Shown here one piece after another: positions 39,471 through 49,969 of a stretch of DNA of 64,000 nt. Origin of the DNA: Longimicrobiales bacterium (lineage in GTDB: Bacteria > Gemmatimonadota > Gemmatimonadetes > Longimicrobiales > Gaopeijiaceae); contig CBDAON010000004.1 in the NCBI GenBank assembly GCA_965198065.1, forward strand, positions 1,984,001 to 2,048,000, in the 5' to 3' direction. The notes under the pieces are model-generated. The model did no database searches and was not told the origin of the DNA. It saw only the letters and a list, made by a program, of their open reading frames with translations. The translations under genes were made by a program, and so were the position numbers. The first letter of the stretch is position 1. Every line of letters begins with the position of its first letter.

Positions 39471-40253
39471 ATGAGCGAACGCTTCGTGGGACCTTTCACA
39501 ACCATCGGCCGCGGCGCGGTCGACCTGGCGAGCGGCATCGGTCGCTGGGGCGTCCTCGCGAGCCAGACCGTGCGGTCGCTTCGGCACGTGGACGTGTGGG
39601 CCCGCCTTCTTCTTGAGCAGCTCACGAGGATCGGTGTCGACTCCGTTCCCATCGCCCTATTTATCGCGATGTTCACGGGGATCGTCCTCGCGCTGCAGGC
39701 CTCGTATACGTTCACGGGGGCGGTCCCGATGTACTTCGTGGGTGTGCTCGTCGGAAAAACGATGATGCTCGAGCTGGGCCCCGTGCTCACGGGGCTCGCC
39801 CTCTCGGGCCGCGTGGGCGCCAACATCGCGGCCGAGATCGGAACCATGAGGGTCACCGAGCAGGTGGACGCGCTCGAAACGATGGCCTACCCGCCCATCG
39901 CGTACCTGGTCGCCCCACGTGTGCTGGCCGGTATCATCATGTTCCCCCTCGTCACCGTCTTCGCCGTCGCCATGGGGATCGCGTCCGGGTGGGCAACCTC
40001 CCTCCAACTCCTGGACATGAGCACGCCCGAGTTCTACCGGGGGCTCACGCTCTTCTTCGAGACGTTCGACGTGGCCTTCGCGTTGATCAAGGCCACGAGT
40101 TTCGGGCTCGTGGTGACTTCGATCGGTTGCTTCTTCGGGTTCCGGACGCAGGGCGGGGCGGCGGGAGTCGGACGGAGCACGACCCGCGCCGTGGTGGCCA
40201 GCTCGATGGTCATCCTCGTGCTCGATGCCTTCTGGGCCGTCGTCCTCCTGTGA
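39471..40253 (+). CDS. mlaE: MlaE family ABC permease
   Basis: ELGPVLT, GRVGA.IAAEIGTMRVTEQVDAL, GVGRSTT.AVV. Confidence 0.95.
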   Translation: MSERFVGPFTTIGRGAVDLASGIGRWGVLASQTVRSLRHVDVWARLLLEQLTRIGVDSVPIALFIAMFTGIVLALQASYTFTGAVPMYFVGVLVGKTMMLELGPVLTGLALSGRVGANIAAEIGTMRVTEQVDALETMAYPPIAYLVAPRVLAGIIMFPLVTVFAVAMGIASGWATSLQLLDMSTPEFYRGLTLFFETFDVAFALIKATSFGLVVTSIGCFFGFRTQGGAAGVGRSTTRAVVASSMVILVLDAFWAVVLL

Positions 40254-40999
40254 GCATCGTGCTCAAGGACCTCGGGAAAGCCTTCGGATCCAACGAGGTG
40301 CTTCGGGGATTCACATTGGAAGTCCACGAGGGTGAGACGCTGGTGATCCTGGGAGCGTCGGGCTCTGGCAAGTCCGTCGCGCTCAAGCACATCGTGGGGC
40401 TCCTCTCCCCGGACCGTGGAGAAGTCTGGGTGGACGGGCGGAACCTAGCGACCATGGAACGCGAGGAGCTCTTCGAGCTGCGGAGAAGAATCGGGTACGT
40501 ATTCCAGTTTGCGGCGCTGTTCGATTCGATGACGCTAGCCGAGAACGTGGGAATGGGACTCCGGCGCGTGCGCGGGCTCACCGACGAGGAGATCGGCGAG
40601 CGCGTCCAGGAATGCCTCTCGCTCGTCGAGTTGGAGGGTCTCGGGGCGCGGTATCCCGCCGAGCTCTCGGGCGGACAGAAGAAGCGGGCGGGGATCGCGA
40701 GAGCGATCGCGACGCAACCCAAGTATCTTCTCTATGACGAGCCGACGACCGGACTCGACCCGCTGACGAAGGCGGTGATCGATCAGTTGATCCTTCGCAT
40801 GAAGGAAGAGCTCGGGGTGACGGGAGTGGTCATCACGCACGACATGACCAGCGCCTACCGCGTCGCCGATCGAATCGCGATGCTGTACGAGGGTCAGACG
40901 CGGTTCGTGGGAACGGCCGACGAGCTGAGGGCCGCCGGGGATCCAGTCGTGCGAGCGTTCGTGGAGGGGCGACCCGAGCTGATGGAGGAGCGGTCGTGA
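40250..40999 (+). CDS. mlaF: MlaF family ABC ATPase
   Basis: GASGSGKS, FQFAALFDS, LSGGQKKR, YDEPTTGLDP. Confidence 0.93.
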   Translation: MSIVLKDLGKAFGSNEVLRGFTLEVHEGETLVILGASGSGKSVALKHIVGLLSPDRGEVWVDGRNLATMEREELFELRRRIGYVFQFAALFDSMTLAENVGMGLRRVRGLTDEEIGERVQECLSLVELEGLGARYPAELSGGQKKRAGIARAIATQPKYLLYDEPTTGLDPLTKAVIDQLILRMKEELGVTGVVITHDMTSAYRVADRIAMLYEGQTRFVGTADELRAAGDPVVRAFVEGRPELMEERS

Positions 41000-41985
41000 G
41001 CCGAGGGCGCGAAGCACTGGTCGGTGTCGTGATCGTCGGGGCGATCGTCCTGACGGTCGCGGGCACGCTCTGGCTGGAGGGAACCTCCTTCGGCCGAGCG
41101 CAGCGGGACGTCGAGGCCGTGTTCGGGGAGGTCGGGCTCATCCGGCCCGGGAATGCCGTCAAGCTCCGGGGCGTCGAGGTGGGACGGGTCCGGGAGATCG
41201 CAGTGGATCCCGGCGGTCAGGCGGTGCGGCTCCGCTTCCGGATGGACGAGAGCCTGGCGTTGCCGGCGGACGCGGTGGTCATCCTGAGCCCGGAATCGAT
41301 GTTCGGGGATTGGCAGGCGGAGATCATGCCGCGGAGTCGCTATCCATCCGTCCAGTACGCGGAATCGTCGGAGTCCGGCGTCCTCCCCGGTTACGCGCTC
41401 CCGGACATCTCCGAGCTCACGCACATGGCGGACCAGATCGCGGAAAATCTGTCCGTGCTCACGGAGCGACTGGCGGTCGCGTTCTCCGACGAGACCGCAC
41501 GCAACATCGCCTCTCTCATCGACAACGTGGAGGGTGTGACGGAGCGCCTCTCCGACCTCGTCGCCCAGCAGGCGACCTCATTCACGAACGTGACGGACGG
41601 TGTCCAGCGGGCCGTGGACGGCATTGGCACGGCGGCCGACCAGGCGCGGTCCACGTTCGAACGAGTGGACCAGATCCTGGCGCGCGAGGAGGTGGCTTCG
41701 ACGCTTGAGGATCTGGCCGTGATCTCGGCCAACCTTCGCGACCTTTCGGGCGATCTCCAGGGCACCAACGTCGAGATCCGGCAGATGACGGCCCGCGCGG
41801 ACTCGGCCTTTGTCCGGGCGGATGCGATCATGAAGCGCATCACTCAGGGGGAGGGGATCCTCGGGCGCCTGCTCGAGGACGCCGAGATGGCGAACGAGCT
41901 CCAGACTGTCGTGACCGAGTTCACGGTGCTTCTCTCCGACATTCGGGAGAACCCGCGACGTTACCTGCGCCTCTCCATCTTCTGA
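40996..41985 (+). CDS. mlaD: MlaD/MCE family protein with helical extension
   Basis: N-terminal TM, G..VKLRGVEVGRV, C-terminal DIRENPRRY. Confidence 0.9.
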   Translation: MSRGREALVGVVIVGAIVLTVAGTLWLEGTSFGRAQRDVEAVFGEVGLIRPGNAVKLRGVEVGRVREIAVDPGGQAVRLRFRMDESLALPADAVVILSPESMFGDWQAEIMPRSRYPSVQYAESSESGVLPGYALPDISELTHMADQIAENLSVLTERLAVAFSDETARNIASLIDNVEGVTERLSDLVAQQATSFTNVTDGVQRAVDGIGTAADQARSTFERVDQILAREEVASTLEDLAVISANLRDLSGDLQGTNVEIRQMTARADSAFVRADAIMKRITQGEGILGRLLEDAEMANELQTVVTEFTVLLSDIRENPRRYLRLSIF

Positions 41986-41989
41986 CCCC

Positions 41990-42490
41990 GTGAGTCCGAG
42001 GAGGCCACCGAAGCCCGTTCGGGACTCGCTACCGGGCCCGGTCAGGGAGCCGGTCGTCGAGAGGAGCGCCGGCGGGGTTGTTATCCGCACGCTCGACGGG
42101 AGCGTGCACGTTCTCCTCATCCGGGATCCCTATCGGAAGTGGGGCCTACCGAAGGGTCACCTGGAGGACGGGGAGGGGGCGGCGGATGCGGCGCTCCGCG
42201 AGGTGCGGGAGGAGACCGGGCTCGAGGACCTGGAGCTGGGCGCCGATCTGGGCGAGATCGACTGGACCTTCCGTCGCCGAGGGAAGAGGGTCCGCAAGCA
42301 CTGCCGGTTCTTCCTGATGGCTTCGGCTAAGAGTGAAGTGCGCCCGGAGATCTCGGAGGGGATCACTGAGTGCCGGTGGCTCCCCGTGGAGGAAGCACTG
42401 AGGACCGTGGATTACGACAACGCTCGAAGCATCCTTGAGAAGGGGGTGGAACGGGTGGGGTCCTCGGGAGCCGACGGCCCTTCTCCCTAG
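41990..42490 (+). CDS. NUDIX hydrolase
   Basis: SAGGVV, WGLPKGH, Nudix box G.....E....AALREVREETGL. Confidence 0.93.
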   Translation: MSPRRPPKPVRDSLPGPVREPVVERSAGGVVIRTLDGSVHVLLIRDPYRKWGLPKGHLEDGEGAADAALREVREETGLEDLELGADLGEIDWTFRRRGKRVRKHCRFFLMASAKSEVRPEISEGITECRWLPVEEALRTVDYDNARSILEKGVERVGSSGADGPSP

Positions 42491-42553
42491 TAGGTCCTTG
42501 GGGTGGGCCCGCGCGGGGTACACGTTGGGCCGGCGCGGGTGTATCCTTACCCC

Positions 42554-42750
42554 GTGAGCGGCGAGTCCGGAGACCCGAAGGACACTACGATCTTGGGCGG
42601 GATCGCCGAGATCTGCGGGAGCGGAAAGGTCGAGCGACGGGCTTCGCCGGGGCCGCCGTCGCGGTGAACAACGCGGTGCACCGGGTCGACCCGAAGGCGT
42701 GGGTCAATCCGGGGCACTCCGCGAACATGAAGATCTTCTCGGACAAGTGA
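42554..42750 (+). pseudogene. Internally deleted remnant of a TrxB-like ferredoxin-NADP+ reductase
   Basis: VSGESGDPKDTTILGG (N-terminal FAD motif start) joined to G.IAE..GK and, in another frame, [38 protein letters not shown]. Confidence 0.7.
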
Positions 42751-42766
42751 CCGGGCGCGACCGACA

Positions 42767-43780
42767 GTGGAAACACCGATCGAGAACGTGGTGATCGTGG
42801 GATCCGGGCCCGCGGCTTGGACGGCGGCGACGTACGCAGCCCGGGCGCGGCTCGATCCCCTCGTGTTAGAGGGCGCCCCTTCTCGCGAGATGGTTCCCGG
42901 CGGACAGCTCATGTTCACGACCGAGGTCGAGAACTATCCCGGTTTCCCCGACGGCGTGGACGGGCAGTCGCTCATGCGATCCATGCGCGCCCAGGCCGAA
43001 CGCTTCGGGACGCGCACGATCACCGACGATATCGTGGAGCTGGACGCGAGTCGGCGTCCATTCGTGCTCCGCTCTGCGGAGGGCGAGGAAGTGCAGGCCC
43101 GGGCGGTCATCGTGGCGACGGGGGCCCGAGCAAACTGGCTGGGACTCGAAAACGAGCAGCGCCTCGCCCAGACGGGCGGTGGGGTATCGGCCTGCGCCGT
43201 CTGCGACGGCGCTCTGCCGGCGTTTCGGGATCAGGTGCTCGCCGTCGTGGGGGGCGGAGACAGCGCGATGGAGGAGGCCACCTACCTGGCGAAGTTCGCC
43301 AGGGAGGTGGTGGTTATCCATCGGCGCGATTCGTTACGGGCGTGCTCCATCATGGAGGAGCGGGTGCTCGGGAACGAGAAGATCCGGGTCGAGTGGGACA
43401 CGGTCGTGACGGACGTGCTGGGGGACGACTTCGTGACCGGCGTCCGGGTGAAGAACGTGAAGACCGGGGAGGAGCGGGTGCTCGAGGTCGGCGGCCTGTT
43501 CATGGCGATCGGGCACACGCCGAACACGGCCTTCTTGGACGGAGTGGTGAGGTTGGACGAGACGGGGTACGTCCTGACCGCCAAGCCGTGGCGCACCGAG
43601 ACGAGCGTCCCCGGGATCTTCGCGGCGGGCGACGTTATGGACTCGTTCTACCGGCAGGCGGTCACGGCCGCCGGGACCGGCTGCATGGCGGCGCTCGAGG
43701 CCGAGCGCTGGCTGGAGCACGGGGCGGGCGCTGAAGAGAGGAACGAGGCTCTTGCCGGTCGGGCCGTGGCAGGGTCCTGA
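42767..43780 (+). CDS. trxB: Thioredoxin-disulfide reductase
   Basis: [49 protein letters not shown]. Confidence 0.97.
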   Translation: METPIENVVIVGSGPAAWTAATYAARARLDPLVLEGAPSREMVPGGQLMFTTEVENYPGFPDGVDGQSLMRSMRAQAERFGTRTITDDIVELDASRRPFVLRSAEGEEVQARAVIVATGARANWLGLENEQRLAQTGGGVSACAVCDGALPAFRDQVLAVVGGGDSAMEEATYLAKFAREVVVIHRRDSLRACSIMEERVLGNEKIRVEWDTVVTDVLGDDFVTGVRVKNVKTGEERVLEVGGLFMAIGHTPNTAFLDGVVRLDETGYVLTAKPWRTETSVPGIFAAGDVMDSFYRQAVTAAGTGCMAALEAERWLEHGAGAEERNEALAGRAVAGS

Positions 43781-43832
43781 CGGGTCGCCGGGCCTCGGGG
43801 CCGTCGATCCCGAGGCGGTCGCAGGAAGTGGT

Positions 43833-44555
43833 TCAGCTTCCGAGCATTCGCCCGCCGTCTACCACGATCACCTCTCCGGTGATGAATGGCGACCGCTCGA
43901 GGAAGAGGATCGTGCGGACGACGTCGTCGGGAGATCCCAGCGTTCCCAGGGCGCTTCGCTCCCTGGACCCGCGATGCGCGTCCTCGTCGTAGCTCTCCGG
44001 AAGGAGGACCGCGCCAGGCGCGACCGCGTTCACGCGCACGGCGGGCGCGAGAGCCTGCGCCATGACCCGGGTGAGGTGGAGGAGCCCGGCCTTGGAGACC
44101 GCGTGATGCGGATTCTCCACCCACGGCTGGAATGCGGACAGGTCGATGAGGTTCACAACCCGTCCGTTCGCCTCGGTGAGCAGATCCGCCATAGCCTTGA
44201 CCATGAGGAACGGCCCCTTGAGGTTCACGGCCATTACCCGGTCCCACTCACGCTCCTGAACGTCCAATAAGGGGGCGCTCTGAAAGAGCGAGGCGTTGTT
44301 CACAAGCAGGTCGAGGCGTCCGAGCTCGTCGCGAAGACGCTGGGAGATGGCCTCGATATCCTCCGCGACGGCCACGTCGCCGCGTACCACGAGCGCCACA
44401 CGCCCGAGCTCCCGGACGCTATCGGCTACGGCCCGAGCCTCCGCGGCGGACGTGTGGTAGACGATCACCACGTCGTAGCCGGCCTCGGCGAGGCCTAGCG
44501 TGATGGCACGACCCACGCGGACGGCCCCGCCCGTGATGAGAGCGACCTTCTGCAC
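43833..44555 (-). CDS. Pteridine reductase-like SDR (FolM/PTR1 type)
   Basis: TGGAVRVG, LVNNAS, N..D, SKAG, RVNAVAPG. Confidence 0.8.
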   Translation of the reverse strand: MQKVALITGGAVRVGRAITLGLAEAGYDVVIVYHTSAAEARAVADSVRELGRVALVVRGDVAVAEDIEAISQRLRDELGRLDLLVNNASLFQSAPLLDVQEREWDRVMAVNLKGPFLMVKAMADLLTEANGRVVNLIDLSAFQPWVENPHHAVSKAGLLHLTRVMAQALAPAVRVNAVAPGAVLLPESYDEDAHRGSRERSALGTLGSPDDVVRTILFLERSPFITGEVIVVDGGRMLGS

Positions 44556-44678
44556 CCGGTCGGTCCTCCAGTGCAATTGGGGGGGGCCACGACGCATTGA
44601 CGCCGCCCCGTGTCCCTCTTCCCGCGGCTCCGCGGGCCTTCAAGGTATCCGGCGGCCTGGACTCGAGGGAGGGCGCCC

Positions 44679-45404
44679 GTGAGCCGGCACGGTCCTTCGA
44701 TTGCCGTCATCACGGGAAGCACCCGAGGGATCGGACGGGCCATTGCGGAGACTCTCGTCCGGAGAGGGGATCGGGTCGTGGTGTCGGGGCGGAAGGCCAG
44801 GGACGCGGAGAGGGTGGCGAAGGAGCTCACGGCCGTGGGTGCGGGGGAGGCTGTAGGGATCGGCTGCGACGTTCGAAACGCCGTCCAGTGTCAGAAGCTC
44901 ATCGCCGGTGTGGTGGAGTGCTTCTCCGGACTGGACGTGCTCGTGAACAATGCCGGGCTCGGACGCTTCGCGAAGGTCCACGAGATGAAGCTCGAGGATT
45001 GGGACGCCCAGATCCGAACGAACCTGGACGGCGTCTTCCACTGCTCGAAGGCGGCCGTGCCCCATCTCATCGAGCGTGGGGGCGGGTGGATCGTGAACAT
45101 CGGGTCCCTCGCCGGGAGGAACGCCTTCTCGGGCGGGGCGGCTTACAACGCCAGCAAGTGGGGGCTTCTGGGCCTGTCGGAGGCCATGATGCTGGATCTC
45201 CGCCACGACGGGATCCGCGTGACGTGCGTCATGCCTGGGAGCGTGAGGACGGGGTTTTCCCCCGGGGGCGAGGACTCTTCGGACGCGTGGAAGCTCGCGC
45301 CCGAGGACGTCGCGCGGGTGGTCGTGGACCTCCTGGCCTTCCCTCCCCGAGCCCTTCCCAGCAAGATCGAGATCCGACCCAGTCGGCCTCCGCAGAGGAC
45401 CTAG
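44679..45404 (+). CDS. SDR family oxidoreductase
   Basis: TGSTRGIG, NNAG, YNASK. Confidence 0.92.
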   Translation: MSRHGPSIAVITGSTRGIGRAIAETLVRRGDRVVVSGRKARDAERVAKELTAVGAGEAVGIGCDVRNAVQCQKLIAGVVECFSGLDVLVNNAGLGRFAKVHEMKLEDWDAQIRTNLDGVFHCSKAAVPHLIERGGGWIVNIGSLAGRNAFSGGAAYNASKWGLLGLSEAMMLDLRHDGIRVTCVMPGSVRTGFSPGGEDSSDAWKLAPEDVARVVVDLLAFPPRALPSKIEIRPSRPPQRT

Positions 45405-45510
45405 TGGAGTGTAACCGGCCGTTCATCGGATGCGGGCCACTGGGGATGCAGAGCACCCCCGGGGGGATCGCTTGGCCGGGCCCGCCCATCCAACCACGGA
45501 GATCGAGCGG

Positions 45511-46914
45511 ATGATCGAGGAATTCCGGATCGAGAGGGACTCGCTGGGAGAGGTGAAGGTCCCTAAGCTGGCCCTCTACGGAGCGCAGACCCAGAGGGCC
45601 GTCGAGAACTTCCCGATCAGCGGCCGACGCTTCGGGCGCCGGATGATCGAGGCGCTCGGAATCGTGAAGCAGGCTGCCGCGCTCACGAACGCCGAGCTCG
45701 GGCTTCTAGACCGGGGCGTGGCGGACGTGATCGCCGAGGCTGCGGCGCAGGTCGCCCGCGGCGACTGGGACGACGAGTTTCCCGTCGACGTATACCAGAC
45801 GGGCTCTGGCACCTCGTCCAACATGAACGCGAACGAGGTGATGGCCCGGCTCGCCACGCAGGGGCTCGGCGTAGAGGTCCACCCGAACGATCACGTCAAC
45901 TTCGGGCAGTCGTCGAACGACGTGATCCCGACGGCGATCCACATAGCCGCTCGGCTCACCGTAGAACGGGACCTCCTCCCCGCCCTGGGGGAGCTGCACG
46001 ACGCGCTGGCGGAGAGGGCCGCCGAGCTCGATCACGTGGTCAAGTCGGGGCGCACGCATCTCATGGATGCCACGCCGGTCCGGCTCGGGCAGGAGTTCGG
46101 TGGTTATGCGGCCCAAGTCGCCCACGGGATGGGTCGCCTGCGGCTCGCGTCGGGCGAGTTGGGCGAGCTGGCGCTCGGAGGAACCGCCACCGGCACCGGG
46201 ATCAACACGCATCCCGACTTCGCTAGGGGGGCGATCCAGCTGATCTCGGAGCAGACGGGCCTCTCGTTCCGGGAGGCCGAGAACCACTTCGAGGCTCAGG
46301 GGGGACGCGACGCCCTCGTGCACGCCCACGGTGCGCTGAACACGGTGGCGGTGAGCCTCATGAAGATCGCGGACGACGTCCGCTGGCTCGCCTCCGGGCC
46401 GACCTCCGGGCTCTCGGAGATCTTCCTCCCCGCCGTGCAGCCCGGAAGCTCGATCATGCCCGGAAAGGTGAACCCCGTCCTCTCGGAGGCCCTCATGATG
46501 GTTGCGGCGCGGGTGGCCGGGAACCAAACGACACTCACAATCGCGGGGGGGCGCGGAAACTTCGAGCTGAACGTGATGATGCCGGTCATGATCCAGTCCT
46601 TCCTTGAGTCCGCGGAGCTACTCGCCAGGGCGGCGCGCGCGTTCACGGAAAAGTGCGTAAAGGGGATCCGGGCGAACGAGCCTCGGGCGCGTGAGCTCCT
46701 CGAGCGCAACCCAGCCATCGCGACGGCCCTGAATCTCCACATCGGCTACGACAAGGCCGCCGAGGTCGCTAAGCGGGCGGCTCAGGAGGGCCGTTCCGTC
46801 CGTGACATCGTGCTCGAGCTTGGGATCCTGGATCCGTCGCTCGTGGACGAGGCTCTGGACGTGCGAAGGATGACCGAGCCCGGCGTCGGGAACGGTGGTG
46901 GGGGTGGGAGCTGA
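45511..46914 (+). CDS. fumC: Class II fumarate hydratase
   Basis: [36 protein letters not shown]. Confidence 0.95.
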   Translation: MIEEFRIERDSLGEVKVPKLALYGAQTQRAVENFPISGRRFGRRMIEALGIVKQAAALTNAELGLLDRGVADVIAEAAAQVARGDWDDEFPVDVYQTGSGTSSNMNANEVMARLATQGLGVEVHPNDHVNFGQSSNDVIPTAIHIAARLTVERDLLPALGELHDALAERAAELDHVVKSGRTHLMDATPVRLGQEFGGYAAQVAHGMGRLRLASGELGELALGGTATGTGINTHPDFARGAIQLISEQTGLSFREAENHFEAQGGRDALVHAHGALNTVAVSLMKIADDVRWLASGPTSGLSEIFLPAVQPGSSIMPGKVNPVLSEALMMVAARVAGNQTTLTIAGGRGNFELNVMMPVMIQSFLESAELLARAARAFTEKCVKGIRANEPRARELLERNPAIATALNLHIGYDKAAEVAKRAAQEGRSVRDIVLELGILDPSLVDEALDVRRMTEPGVGNGGGGGS

Positions 46915-46940
46915 GCGCAGCTCCACCGGGGAGTCGGGCC

Positions 46941-47819
46941 ATGGCCGCGGAGGGCGGCGGTCCGGTCGGCAGCGACGAGCTGGGCGCGCACGTCTCGGTC
47001 GAGGGCGGGGTCTGGAACGCTCCGGAGCGCGCCCGGGCCATCGAGTCGGTGAACTTCCAGATGTTCACGAAGCAGCCGAACCGGTGGCAGGAGCCCGAGG
47101 TGTCGGAGGAGGAAGTCGAGCGTTTAGGGGAGGCCAGGCGGGAATGGGGAATCCGCACGGTCGCGTCCCACGACTCCTACCTGATCAACCTCGCGAGCCC
47201 GGACCCGAAGCTCTGGAAGCGGAGCGTGGGCGCGTTTCGACGCGAGCTCGTCCGGTGCGTGCAGCTCGGGGTGGACGTGCTCGTAACCCACCCCGGGAAC
47301 GCCACGGACGGGGACCTGCCGAGCGGCGTGGCCCGGAATGCGGAGGGCGTGGCCCGCTCGCTCGAGGAGGTCGAAGGCCCTACGCGCGTCCTCCTCGAGA
47401 TCACGGCGGGGTCCGGGACGTCGGTGGGCGGGAGCTTCGAGGCCCTGACGGAGATCATCGAGAGGATTTCCCCCGCCCAGCGGCATCGCCTGGGCATTTG
47501 CTTCGATACCTGCCACGCCTACTCGGCGGGGTACGATCTGGTCGGCGACTACGACGGCGTGTGGACGCGCTTTGGGGACGTCGTCGGGATGGAGCGCCTC
47601 GGCCTCTTCCACCTAAACGACTCGAAGCATCCCCTGGGCTCGCACAAGGACCGCCACGAGCACATCGGCGAGGGCACGCTCGGTGACGAGCCGTTCCGTG
47701 GGATCATGAACGACGCAAACTTCGACGGGATCACCAAGCTCCTCGAGACCCCGAAGGGTGACGATCCGGTCGTGACCGACCTCCGGAACCTGAACCGACT
47801 GAGGGGCTATCGGACGTAA
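46941..47819 (+). CDS. nfo: Endonuclease IV
   Basis: GAHVS, HDSYLINLAS, HPG, CFDTCH, HLNDSK, DRHEHIG, LETP. Confidence 0.96.
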   Translation: MAAEGGGPVGSDELGAHVSVEGGVWNAPERARAIESVNFQMFTKQPNRWQEPEVSEEEVERLGEARREWGIRTVASHDSYLINLASPDPKLWKRSVGAFRRELVRCVQLGVDVLVTHPGNATDGDLPSGVARNAEGVARSLEEVEGPTRVLLEITAGSGTSVGGSFEALTEIIERISPAQRHRLGICFDTCHAYSAGYDLVGDYDGVWTRFGDVVGMERLGLFHLNDSKHPLGSHKDRHEHIGEGTLGDEPFRGIMNDANFDGITKLLETPKGDDPVVTDLRNLNRLRGYRT

Positions 47820-47866
47820 TCCGATTTCGTTTGCGTCTGCGGCACGGGCGTTTCTATATTGGCAGT

Positions 47867-48023
47867 CCGGTCGTGCCGGAGGCTCCAGGATTGAGCCAAC
47901 ACAAGAGAAGCCGGGACCGACTCCTGGGACGGACGTCCTGCCCCTGACGGGGACTTCGGAAGCTCCGGGGAAGTCACCAGAGAATTGCGACCCGGGCTTC
48001 GATCTCTTCCTCCGGTGCGCCCG
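47867..48023 (+). ncRNA. ssrS: Probable 6S RNA
   Basis: Own promoter TTGCGT-18-TATATT (47831-60); closing stem CGTGCCGGAGG (47872-82) pairs with CCTCCGGTGCG (48009-19); TTGAGCC..A-rich segment and TTGCGAC resemble 6S conserved elements; terminator follows. Confidence 0.55.
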
Positions 48024-48026
48024 TTT

Positions 48027-48063
48027 GGGGCCGACATCCCTCGGGGTGCCGGCCCTTCTTGTT
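48027..48063 (+). terminator. Intrinsic terminator after the ncRNA
   Basis: GGGCCG..ATCCC/GGGGT..CGGCCC hairpin followed by TTCTTGTT. Confidence 0.6.
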
Positions 48064-48192
48064 GTGTGCGCGGTGTCGTGCACGCGCCTGACGCGCGGTC
48101 GGCGGCGAGGCACGCGCCCCCCCCGGGGGGGATCCCACGGTCGGGACCGATCCTACCGGGCGGGGGTAGGGGACCGCTCGATCCGGAGAACC

Positions 48193-48609
48193 ATGCCACG
48201 CGTACGGGTGACCCGTCGACTCACGTTCTCGGCCGCGCACCGGCTGCACCGCGCCCACTGGAGCGAGGCCCGGAACCGGGAGGTGTTCGGGAACTGCTCC
48301 AACCCGAACTGGCACGGCCACAACTACGAGCTGGACGTGACGGTCGAAGGAGAGGTGGACGCGGAGACGGGGTACGTCTTCGACCTGAAGCGGCTGAAGG
48401 AGCTGGTGGAGAGCCGCATCGTCTCCGATCTGGACCACAGGAACCTGAACGTCGAGGTCCCGTGGATGGCTGGCGTGAACCCGTCCACGGAGAATCTGGT
48501 CGTGGCGATCTGGGAGCGGCTCGCGCCGGCGCTCCCAGCCGAGGTCAGCCTCAAGCGCCTCGTCCTCAGAGAGACCTCCAGCAACTCGGTGGAATATGAA
48601 GGCACGTGA
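48193..48609 (+). CDS. 6-pyruvoyl-tetrahydropterin synthase, PTPS-II-like
   Basis: [25 protein letters not shown] (Cx5HGH), LDHRNLN, PSTEN. Confidence 0.9.
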   Translation: MPRVRVTRRLTFSAAHRLHRAHWSEARNREVFGNCSNPNWHGHNYELDVTVEGEVDAETGYVFDLKRLKELVESRIVSDLDHRNLNVEVPWMAGVNPSTENLVVAIWERLAPALPAEVSLKRLVLRETSSNSVEYEGT

Positions 48610-49228
48610 AGACACGCTGAGCCTCGCCGTTCCGGAGCCGGAGACGCCCTTCCTGGCGGATGTCCCTTTGCCCCAGCTCGTGCGAGAGCTGATTCGACGC
48701 CTCGGCGACGACCCGTCGAGAGCCGGGCTGCTCCGCACGCCCGAGCGGGTGGCGGAGTCCCTCGCCTTCCTCACGCAGGGGTACGGCCTGTCTCCGCGGG
48801 AAATCGTGCAGGATGCTCTTTTCGAGGAGCACCACCACAACATGGTGATCGTGAAGGACATCGAGATGTACTCCCTCTGCGAGCATCATCTGCTGCCGTT
48901 CTTCGGGAAGGTGCACGTGGCGTATATCCCCGACGGCCGCATCCTGGGCCTGTCCAAGATCGCCCGGCTCGTGGAGGTATTCGCCCGTCGGCTGCAGGTG
49001 CAGGAGCGTCTCACCGAGCAGGTTGCCCAGAGCCTCTGGGAGGTGGTCGAGCCACTGGGTGTCGGCGTGGTGGTCGAGGCGTACCACCTCTGCATGATGA
49101 TGCGGGGCGTACAGAAGCAGAACTCCTACACGATCACGTCGGCCGTTCGGGGCGCGTTTCTGGAGGATGCGCGCACCCGCGACGAGTTCCTGAGGCTCTG
49201 TCAGAGCGAGCGCCGTCCTCTTGGTTAG
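48596..49228 (+). CDS. folE: GTP cyclohydrolase I
   Basis: [40 protein letters not shown]. Confidence 0.97.
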   Translation: MKAREDTLSLAVPEPETPFLADVPLPQLVRELIRRLGDDPSRAGLLRTPERVAESLAFLTQGYGLSPREIVQDALFEEHHHNMVIVKDIEMYSLCEHHLLPFFGKVHVAYIPDGRILGLSKIARLVEVFARRLQVQERLTEQVAQSLWEVVEPLGVGVVVEAYHLCMMMRGVQKQNSYTITSAVRGAFLEDARTRDEFLRLCQSERRPLG

Positions 49229-49235
49229 TGGCTCC

Positions 49236-49967
49236 ATGTCGGCTGATGCTCCCGCGCCACACGCCCCCGGGGCGCGGCGGGCGCTCGTCACCGGAGCGAC
49301 GGGCGGGATCGGAGGCGCGGTGGCCCGAGCCCTGGCTGGGCGCGGGTATCGGACTGGGTTGGTCGCGAGACGCGAGGGGCCGCTCCTGGCGCTTGCGGAG
49401 GAGCTCGGAGGGATTCCGATTCCGTGCGACGTCTCGGATCCGGATCAGGTCGCCGTTGCGGTTGGCCGGTTCGAGGAGGAGGCCGGCGGTCCCCCGGAGC
49501 TGGTCGTGAGCGCGGCGGGCGCGTTCTCGATCCAGGGCGTCCACGAGCTGACGCCCGTGGAGCTCCACCGGAACCTGTCGGTCAACCTGGAGGGAAGCAT
49601 CCTTTTCGCTCGCGCCGTCCTGCCGGCGATGAGGAAGGCACAGCGTGGAATCCTGATCCACGTCGGGTCGGTGGCGGGACGGCGGCCGTTCCCCGGGAAT
49701 GCGGCCTACGCTGCGTCGAAGCACGGGCTCCGCGGGTTCCACGAGGTCCTTCGGCTGGAGCTCACGGGGAGCGGAGTGCGGGTCACCCTCCTCGAGCCGG
49801 CGGCGACGGACACGCCGTTTTGGGATCCCATCGATCCGGACTCGGACGACGAGCTGCCGGGCCGGTCCCGGATGCTCCGGCCCGAGGACGTGGCGGACGC
49901 GGTACTCTTCGTGGCGGAGCGTCCGGACGGCGTTCAGATCTCCTACCTTTCGATCGAAAGGGTCTGA
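49236..49967 (+). CDS. SDR oxidoreductase, possibly sepiapterin reductase-like
   Basis: TGATGGIG, YAASK, TDTPFWD, MLRPEDVA; located within the pterin operon. Confidence 0.8.
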   Translation: MSADAPAPHAPGARRALVTGATGGIGGAVARALAGRGYRTGLVARREGPLLALAEELGGIPIPCDVSDPDQVAVAVGRFEEEAGGPPELVVSAAGAFSIQGVHELTPVELHRNLSVNLEGSILFARAVLPAMRKAQRGILIHVGSVAGRRPFPGNAAYAASKHGLRGFHEVLRLELTGSGVRVTLLEPAATDTPFWDPIDPDSDDELPGRSRMLRPEDVADAVLFVAERPDGVQISYLSIERV

Positions 49968-49969
49968 CG

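Noticed and set aside
42490..42766. Possible SRP RNA or other structured RNA before trxB
   Set aside because: No SRP domain IV motif; better explained as an FNR gene remnant.
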